DNA of 64,000 nucleotides from Parachlamydiales bacterium (GTDB lineage Bacteria; Chlamydiota; Chlamydiia; Chlamydiales; Rhabdochlamydiaceae): NCBI GenBank assembly GCA_963705295.1, contig OY970065.1, positions 1,248,001 to 1,312,000 of the forward strand, read 5' to 3'. Shown piece by piece: positions 58,783 to 64,000 of this stretch (position 1 is its first letter; each line of letters starts with the position of its first letter). The notes under the pieces were generated by a model. It saw only the letters and a program-made list of their open reading frames with translations, ran no database searches and was not told where the DNA came from. The position numbers and the translations under genes were made by a program.

Positions 58783-59808
58783 ATGCCCCGGTGGATTCAG
58801 TCGATATTACTTTGTTTTCTCGTTTGTATTTCTTCTTGCAACAAACACCCCAACGTCGTGCTGCATCCGCAAAAAACTGGGATATCTACCATCAAAATTT
58901 ACGATGCATCTCGCCACCGTCCTTTGGTGACTGAGGTTTGGTATCCGATCGATAAGAACGTTCCAGCTTCGCACATCGAAGGGATGTGGGTCCGTTGTCC
59001 TGAAGCGCGCGATGCGCCCCTGAAAACATCATCTACAAAATATCCCCTCATCGTCATGTCTCACGGAAATGGGGGAGATCGGATGAACAATGCGTGGCTT
59101 GCAGAAATCCTCGCAGCCAATGGATATATCGTGGCCTCGGTCGACCATCACGGAAATACCTGGAATAATAAAATTGCCGAATGTTTTGTCAAAATATGGG
59201 AACGGCCCAAAGATGTCAGTTTTGTGATCGATCACCTTCTCACAGATGGACGATTTGGTGCCCATATCAATCCAGAAAAAATTGGATTTATTGGGTATTC
59301 TCTGGGCGGTCTGACAGGGATTTGGATGGCCGGCGGGCAAATTTGCAATTTCGGAAAAAGCGAGATGAGAAAGATTCCGTCCGATCAACTCCCCACCGCA
59401 ATCGATGAGGCTTTTCTCGATTCGGTCGATTTTTCACCCATCCAAGAATCATACCGAGATTCTCGCATCACCGCCGTCTTTGTGATGGCCCCTGCCCTCG
59501 GCCATTTATTCGATCTGACGAGTCTTCAGTCGATCTCGATCCCCGTCCATATCGTCGCCTCCGAAGGCGATAGCACCGTCTCCACCGAAAATAGCGCTAA
59601 AATCCTCGCCAGCAAAATCCGAAAAGCCGCCTTTACCCTCATCCCAGGGAGCGCCAACCACTATGTCTTCCTCAATGAAGTCACCAAGGGGGGCAAACTC
59701 CTCCTCGATAAGCGACTCGCCCATGACCCCCCTGACGTCGACCGTGCCAAAATCCACGAAGACATCGGCCATTCAGCCGTCCAGTTCTTCAACAAATTCC
59801 TCAAGTAA
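58783..59808 (+). CDS. exported alpha/beta hydrolase (possible lipoprotein)
   Basis: CISSC lipobox-like, VWYP, SHGNGG, GYSLGG, ANHYVF. Confidence 0.8.
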   Translation: MPRWIQSILLCFLVCISSCNKHPNVVLHPQKTGISTIKIYDASRHRPLVTEVWYPIDKNVPASHIEGMWVRCPEARDAPLKTSSTKYPLIVMSHGNGGDRMNNAWLAEILAANGYIVASVDHHGNTWNNKIAECFVKIWERPKDVSFVIDHLLTDGRFGAHINPEKIGFIGYSLGGLTGIWMAGGQICNFGKSEMRKIPSDQLPTAIDEAFLDSVDFSPIQESYRDSRITAVFVMAPALGHLFDLTSLQSISIPVHIVASEGDSTVSTENSAKILASKIRKAAFTLIPGSANHYVFLNEVTKGGKLLLDKRLAHDPPDVDRAKIHEDIGHSAVQFFNKFLK

Positions 59809-60544
59809 CAGTCTATTAAAACCCAAAAAGTTGCAAAAAAGGTGTCTTAAATCCCAAAAAGTTGCAAAATCAAGTATATAGGAACCCTTTAATGCCCAAA
59901 TCGTTGCCCGAGGTGTTTATTTCATCTGCTGATATCGCATCGTACGTTTCAAAAGAAGTCAGAAAGGGTACTTTGCGTAAGTTAGGGAGCCGAATATATA
60001 CGACGAATTTAAAAGAATCTCCAGAAACTTTAATTAAACGACATGTTTGGTTTCTAGTGGGTTCTTTTTTTCCAGGTGCAGTCATTGTCGATCGAACAGC
60101 CATGGAACACCGCCCTGCTAAGGATGGCTCGGTGTTTATCGTTTCTAAGAAAAAAAGGTCTATTGTTTTACCGGGACTTCGTATCTATCCAAGAAAGGGA
60201 CAGGGTCCACTTTCAGATGACAAACCGTTTATGGACAATCTTTATTTGTCTAGTTTGCCCAGAACCTATCTTGAGAATTTATGTCAACGACGGACCCGCA
60301 AAGGGAAAATATCTAGAGCACTTTCGCGAGAAGAAATAGAAGAAAAATTGGAGACTCTTCTACAAACAATTGGTGAAGAAGCCCTTCAGAAATTAAGAAA
60401 GGATGCAAAAAAGATCTCTTCGCAATTAAAAATGAACAAAGAATGGAAGGTCTTAGATCATTTAATTGGTGCTTTATTGGGGACACGTGAAGCCAAAGAA
60501 ATCCAATCGCCTCTTTATTTGGCACGGCTTCAAGGGTATCCTTA

Positions 60545-60712
60545 TTAACCCGACACGCAAAAAAGAGACAACCTGCTGGCTGCACCCCTGACAGATCGAT
60601 CCTCCTTCTCGGCCTAGCCTTCGGCTATGATCCTCGTCGGTCGGACCGCTGACGCTTCGATCTGACAGGGGTTCGCTTACGCATCTTGTCTCTTTTTTGC
60701 GTGTCGGGTTAA
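60545..60712. mobile_element. TA-flanked palindromic element (type A)
   Basis: Perfect 27 bp arms ttaacccgacacgcaaaaaagagacaa; TA at 60543-44 and 60713-14. Confidence 0.92.
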
Positions 60713-60855
60713 TACGACGCAAAACGTCTCGTAATGAGGATGAGTTCATTGCAATTTTAAAGAGACGCCATGCGCATCTTATGCAAATTCGTCCTGAAAT
60801 GAGACCAGGAGAATTTAAAACGGTGCAAAACCGAGCAGGATCAACTGTCTTTGTA

Positions 60856-61012
60856 TTAACCCGAGAGGTCAAAAGGTGACAAGATGCGCTGCGAGGCAAA
60901 GCCAGATTGATTCTCGCGAGGATTACATTCTTGAATACGAAGGATTCCGAGCGAGAATCGATATGGCGAAGCCGCAGCAAGCAGGTTGTCACCTTTTGAT
61001 CTCTCGGGTTAA
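60856..61012. mobile_element. TA-flanked palindromic element (type B)
   Basis: Arms ttaacccgagaggtcaaaaggtgacaa / ttgtcaccttttgatctctcgggttaa; TA at 60854-55 and 61013-14. Confidence 0.92.
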
Positions 61013-61429
61013 TAATGCCAGATCTTGTCGAAGGAACTTTAAGAAAAGGTTTTAAATGGCTTCAAGCTTTAGAGGCTCCTTTTCACAAAGCTGTTTATAG
61101 CCTATTTTTAATTACAGAAGTGCATCCCTTTATCGATGGAAATGGAAGATGTGCTCGCCTCATGATGAATTCTGAACTTATAGAAGCTCATCAATCCCGC
61201 ATTATTATTCCAACGATTTTAAGAAATAATCAATTGGTTGCGCTGAAGGCTCTGTCTCAAAATACCCGAGCAGAACCCCTCATCAAGATTTTAGATTTTG
61301 CTCAACACTATACGTCTCTCATCGATTGGAGTAGCTATCAAAAAGCTCTTAAAATGCTCCAAAAGACAAATGCATTCGAAGATTCCAACACAGCTGAGTT
61401 AATGGGCATTCATTTGATTTTGCCAAATA

Positions 61430-62959
61430 TTAACCTCGTACGTCGAGGCCTTGGTCGATAAGGGGTTGTAGGGTATGACGGCCGAGCATCAGGTTTAGGT
61501 TGCAATCCCAGCATAAAAGCTGTTTCAGGTATTTAAGTTGAGCGAGAAAATCCCAAATTTGATTCGTTAGGCCAGAACAACAGTCAATAGCCAGATTTTC
61601 TAAGGGGAGATGTGTTAGGTGGGCAAAACCAGTTCCAGTTAATTTCCTACATTCTGTCAATTCGAGGGTTTTGAGTGGAAGGGTAGAGAGTGATTTTAAG
61701 TTCTCATCGGTCAACCCTTGATTACCATTGAGGCGTAGTGTTTCCAAATGGGTCAGTCGAGAAAGAAGGGAAAAACCGTAGCTGGTGATACTTTTATGAA
61801 AACTCAGATCAAGGCTTTTCAAGGTTGAAATGCTAGAGATAGAATCTAGGGCCATATCGGAAAGCTCATACGAGTTTTGCGCTAAACCCAGGGTTGTTAA
61901 ATGGGGAAGCCAAGTTAAATAAGCTAAAGCCTGATCACTACATCGATAGAAATTAAGGTCAAGGGTCTGTAATTTTCTTAGCACTGCAAGAGCTCGCAGG
62001 CCTTTATCACCTAGATTGTCGCATGAACTGAGGTCTAGAGTATGTAAAGAGGTCCCCTTTAGGAAAATCAGGGTAATTCCCGTGATACTTGTCCAGCGCA
62101 GCATGAGGCTTTGTAATTGTTTGAGTTTTCCAAGGAAGCGAATGCCCCAATCGGTTAAATTTCTACAATGACTCAAATCGAGTATTTCTAAAGTTTTAAT
62201 ATTTGAAATAAAAAATTCGATGTCTTTATCGGTGATGTTGGAAGAGGAAAGATTCAGTTTTTTTAGAGGAAGGCGAGTGAGCTCTAATAAGCCTGCACTT
62301 GTGAGGTCCTGATGGGCTAGATTGAGATTGATCGCCTTTAGACGGGGGAGTTTGGACAAGGCGCTTAAACCTACATTAGAAATAGGGGTAAAACTCAGAT
62401 CTAAATCGAGTTGTTCTAAACTTGAAATTTTGCCGATCTGTTCTAAGCCAGCATCCGTTATCCCTTTGGAAAAGGTTATTCTGAGGTTTGTTAACGCAGG
62501 CAGCTGGGTGAGAAATCCTAAAGCGGTATCTGTAAATTCAAAAGCACCGAGATGAAGATTTTGCAACCGGGGACAGGAAGAACAAATCGCTGCAATAACA
62601 TTTTCTGTAGGTATTTTCCCTTTGAATTCGCTGTTTAAAGTTAAACTCGTGAGATTGGGACAGTATTTTAAGATTTCTATGACCTCGTCATCATGGAGAT
62701 AATAGTGGGTTAAATCGAGGGTTGTTAAATTTCGACCTTGAACCCTCATATACTCAAAAAATTCCTTTAAACTATTAAACTCGGTTTTTGAAGGTACGAC
62801 TTGTCCGAGTATGATTATTGCTCTTTCTAAGCTTCTATTTACGGGTGGGACTTCGCTAAAAATGCCCCGCGCAATTGCTACGGCTGGGGAATCTCTTTTC
62901 TCAGTAATAACAGGTCTAATGTGCCCTAATAAAACATTAATTCTATCTAATGAACTCAT
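61430..62959 (-). CDS. leucine-rich repeat protein (AMN1/cysteine-containing LRR type)
   Basis: Repeats LEILDLSHCRNLTDWG, LHTLDLSSCDNLGDKG; AAGGA upstream. Confidence 0.9.
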   Translation of the reverse strand: MSSLDRINVLLGHIRPVITEKRDSPAVAIARGIFSEVPPVNRSLERAIIILGQVVPSKTEFNSLKEFFEYMRVQGRNLTTLDLTHYYLHDDEVIEILKYCPNLTSLTLNSEFKGKIPTENVIAAICSSCPRLQNLHLGAFEFTDTALGFLTQLPALTNLRITFSKGITDAGLEQIGKISSLEQLDLDLSFTPISNVGLSALSKLPRLKAINLNLAHQDLTSAGLLELTRLPLKKLNLSSSNITDKDIEFFISNIKTLEILDLSHCRNLTDWGIRFLGKLKQLQSLMLRWTSITGITLIFLKGTSLHTLDLSSCDNLGDKGLRALAVLRKLQTLDLNFYRCSDQALAYLTWLPHLTTLGLAQNSYELSDMALDSISSISTLKSLDLSFHKSITSYGFSLLSRLTHLETLRLNGNQGLTDENLKSLSTLPLKTLELTECRKLTGTGFAHLTHLPLENLAIDCCSGLTNQIWDFLAQLKYLKQLLCWDCNLNLMLGRHTLQPLIDQGLDVRG

Positions 62960-63062
62960 AACTATCCTTTTTTAAAAGTTATATTATTATATTAAAATTC
63001 TAACATTAATGTCAATTTATTAAGTAGTTGAATGTAAAAGACTTATGGTTAAATTAATAACT

Positions 63063-63091
63063 TTGAAATAATTTATATAATATGTTATAAT
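63063..63091 (+). promoter_or_regulatory. sigma70-type promoter with extended -10
   Basis: TTGAAA-17 bp-TATAAT with TGn, ending 9 nt before ATG 63101; AT-rich context lowers certainty. Confidence 0.5.
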
Positions 63092-63100
63092 AATTAACAT

Positions 63101-63511
63101 ATGACAACTAAAGTATCTATTAATCAAATGCCTCTTGGAAAATTGAACGAAGTCCTTGAAAAAGGTGGGAGTCCAGCTTTGCTCGCAAAAATCTATGCGG
63201 CCCGGGCTAAAATCTTTATAGGAATGGCCGAAGGGGAGAAAGCCCTCTCCGATTTAAACAATGCAGAGTTCCATTACCGTGCGATGGATGAAATGAAAGC
63301 CTCCATTTTAATGGATCGAGGAATCACTTTCTTCAATATGAATCTTTTCCATACAGCTATTGCTGATTTCATCAATGCACTCCGTTGCCAACCGATATCG
63401 GATGAATTACGTGGACGGGCAGAATTCTATCTAAAATGCGCTGTCCAGAGAGATCGATCCAGAGATATCGAAGCCGCAAAGCAACTCTTACTTTTTGGAA
63501 GAAATCAATGA
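63101..63511 (+). CDS. small TPR-like protein
   Basis: YAARAKI...ALSDLNNA, MDRGITF...AIADFINAL. Confidence 0.7.
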   Translation: MTTKVSINQMPLGKLNEVLEKGGSPALLAKIYAARAKIFIGMAEGEKALSDLNNAEFHYRAMDEMKASILMDRGITFFNMNLFHTAIADFINALRCQPISDELRGRAEFYLKCAVQRDRSRDIEAAKQLLLFGRNQ

Positions 63512-64000
63512 CGACACGAATTAGTTTTAGAGCCAGTGCCATTTTCGAGCTTCATTTAGAGATTAGAGCTAAAGAGCTTTATATCGGCGGCTTATTCTTA
63601 AGCGATGATGGAAGATATGATGAAGCTTTCATCCGTTTCCAAGCTGCTTTAGAGTGCATGCCAGAGCAAAGCCTCCGGACAGAGATTCTTTACGCCAGGG
63701 CACAAACATCGATGCGGTGTGGTTTAAATCGTGAGGCTTTCCATGATCTCAATGATGCAATTCATCATTACACTGTGATGGATGAACTGAAGGGGAAAAT
63801 TCTCTATTTGAGAGGTCATATCTATGGCTCATTTCATAATTTTCAGCTTGCCACACTAGATTTTTCCAATGCTCTTCTCTGCAATCCTTTAAAACCCGAA
63901 TTGAGAATAACCCTCGTATTTTTCAGAAATATTTCGATCATTGCGCAAGAAAATCAAAGAAGAATGATCCAAGCAGAGCAGACAGATCTTCTGCTGACTC
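63508..64000 (+). CDS. TPR-like paralog, runs off the window end
   Basis: My translation from ATG 63508 (ATGA overlap): LYARAQ...AFHDLNDAIHHYTVMDELKGKILYLRG...DFSNALLC, matching the upstream gene. Confidence 0.7.
   Translation, partial: MTTRISFRASAIFELHLEIRAKELYIGGLFLSDDGRYDEAFIRFQAALECMPEQSLRTEILYARAQTSMRCGLNREAFHDLNDAIHHYTVMDELKGKILYLRGHIYGSFHNFQLATLDFSNALLCNPLKPELRITLVFFRNISIIAQENQRRMIQAEQTDLLLT

Larger units (their letters stand above)
59892..61461 (+). pseudogene. Fic-domain gene broken by two palindromic elements and a further frameshift
   Basis: HPFIDGNGRCAR in the 61015 fragment; excising 60856-61014 gives NRAGSTVFVMPDLVEGTL in frame; excising 60545-60714 gives YPYDAKRL followed by a frame change. 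Confidence 0.85.

Noticed and set aside
60474..60992. 172 aa minus-strand ORF
   Set aside because: It is read-through of two palindromic elements plus antisense Fic sequence, not an independent gene
9194..61012. TAAC...GTTA-ended hairpins as integron attC sites
   Set aside because: Ends do not fit RYYYAAC/GTTRRRY, copies occur in both orientations and inside genes with TA duplication, and no integrase is present
1..64000. CRISPR array, tRNA, rRNA, transposase or phage genes
   Set aside because: No regularly spaced repeat-spacer pattern, cloverleaf, rRNA-like stretch or DDE/HUH/integrase motif was recognised by eye; a tRNAscan/Infernal run would be needed to exclude small RNAs in 28204-28680

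Overview
64 kb from a bacterium whose gene set looks like an environmental Chlamydiae (inference: class I FbaB, GlmS next to a YciA-like thioesterase, an Rhs gene with a lipobox partner, and many eukaryote-like F-box, BTB, LRR, ankyrin, WD40 and TPR proteins). Housekeeping genes are interleaved with probable host-directed effector paralog clusters, two tandem giant autotransporters and a glycosyltransferase cluster. Two things stand out. (1) A four-gene minus-strand set at 10095-17444 built from only three domain types, each present twice: GNAT-WD40, degenerate GNAT-ASCH, ASCH and WD40. It is a candidate acetyl writer/reader module that I do not recognise as described. (2) A family of TA-flanked 157-180 bp palindromic elements (8 full copies, 2 arm remnants, no transposase). 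They have nested, swappable stems and co-varying arms; two are inserted in-frame as 53 and 57 aa peptides in otherwise intact genes and others break genes. No rRNA, tRNA or CRISPR array was seen. All domain calls are from motif recognition by eye, not database searches.
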